DNA from: Octopus sinensis
Taxonomy: Eukaryota
Reading direction: 5' to 3'
NCBI RefSeq assembly: GCF_006345805.1
Contig: NC_043013.1
Span: forward strand, 13,516,001-13,580,000
Length of the DNA: 64,000 bases
Shown: positions 63,495-64,000 of the stretch, piece by piece
How the letters are laid out: every line of letters begins with the position of its first letter
How positions within the stretch are numbered: the stretch's first letter is position 1
The notes under the pieces: generated by a model
The model's input: the letters and a program-made list of their open reading frames with translations, nothing else
Told to the model about the DNA's origin: nothing
Database searches by the model: none
Position numbers and translations under genes: made by a program

Positions 63495-63564
63495 TTGGGA
63501 TTCTTCGTCTCTATGACTGTCTTCTTCAGCCAATGATTCTAAATTCCTCTCAGAAGATAGTGAT
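63495..63564 (-). CDS. candidate further upstream exon of TRPM-like paralog B
   Basis: ttcattttttgtag acceptor and gtaatt donor; 70 nt open as a+SLSSERNLESLAEEDSHRDEESQ, with a phase 0 end matching exon 58561-58619. Supported by splice signals and phase only. Confidence 0.4.
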
Positions 63565-64000
63565 CTACAAAAAATGAACCAAGGAGAAAGTTTAAGATTA
63601 GTGAAAGTTGTTTGTCATATGGAGTGTAGTTAACATTCTGGACATTTGAACTTCATCTAAAAGTTAAGAAAAGGAGAAAAGTGATATTGTTGCATGGGTT
63701 GGGAGCAAGAAACAATGGAATATTATTGAAAGACTAATATAGGAGGTGATGAGAAGGATGACCAAGAGGGAGTTAAGGTCAGAATGCGTCAGAGGCTAGA
63801 GGAATGGTCAGGGTCTGGTGAACAAAGGTGGAGAGGAAAGCTAAGAGCATATGAGGAGAAGGTAGAAAGAGTCAGTGAGGAGTATGAATAAATTTATGGA
63901 GTAATATCTATGTGTATTTAGACCTGTTGTGAAATTAGGAATACATTTCAATAAGTAGCTTTGAACAATTTTATTTCAAAAGAGAGGTCAGCAAATCTTG

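Overview
AT-rich eukaryotic genomic DNA with no prokaryotic operons or CRISPR. The SINE families and dense (AT)n/(AAT)n/(CA)n microsatellites suggest a coleoid cephalopod, probably Octopus; this is inference from repeat content. There are two 100-N scaffold gaps (4092-4191, 23160-23259). Host coding content is the N-terminal SLOG/MHR1-2 region of TRPM-like cation channel genes. A minus-strand gene has four homology-supported exons (39526-39610, 33765-33942, 28705-28867, 24412-24587) and two phase-compatible upstream candidates (63495-63564, 58561-58619). A convergent plus-strand paralog contributes one exon (3753-3912). The minus-strand gene carries a -1 and a +1 frameshift in consecutive exons, bracketing a TAG. 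The rest is transposon debris: APE-type LINEs (one near full length, with a Myb/trihelix + CCCH ORF1 and a 76-bp tandem array upstream), R4/Dong-like and RTE LINE fragments, a Penelope-like remnant, a Ty3/Gypsy remnant, mariner/maT, hAT, Chapaev-like and Helitron remnants, and tRNA-derived SINEs. Structural highlights are a ~3.3 kb inverted duplication (19855-23159 vs 47038-52895), five palindromes/foldbacks in the first 16 kb, and a head-to-tail array of a ~550-bp (AAT)n-tailed repeat at 54-56.5 kb. Boundaries and identities were read by eye; TE ends are approximate.
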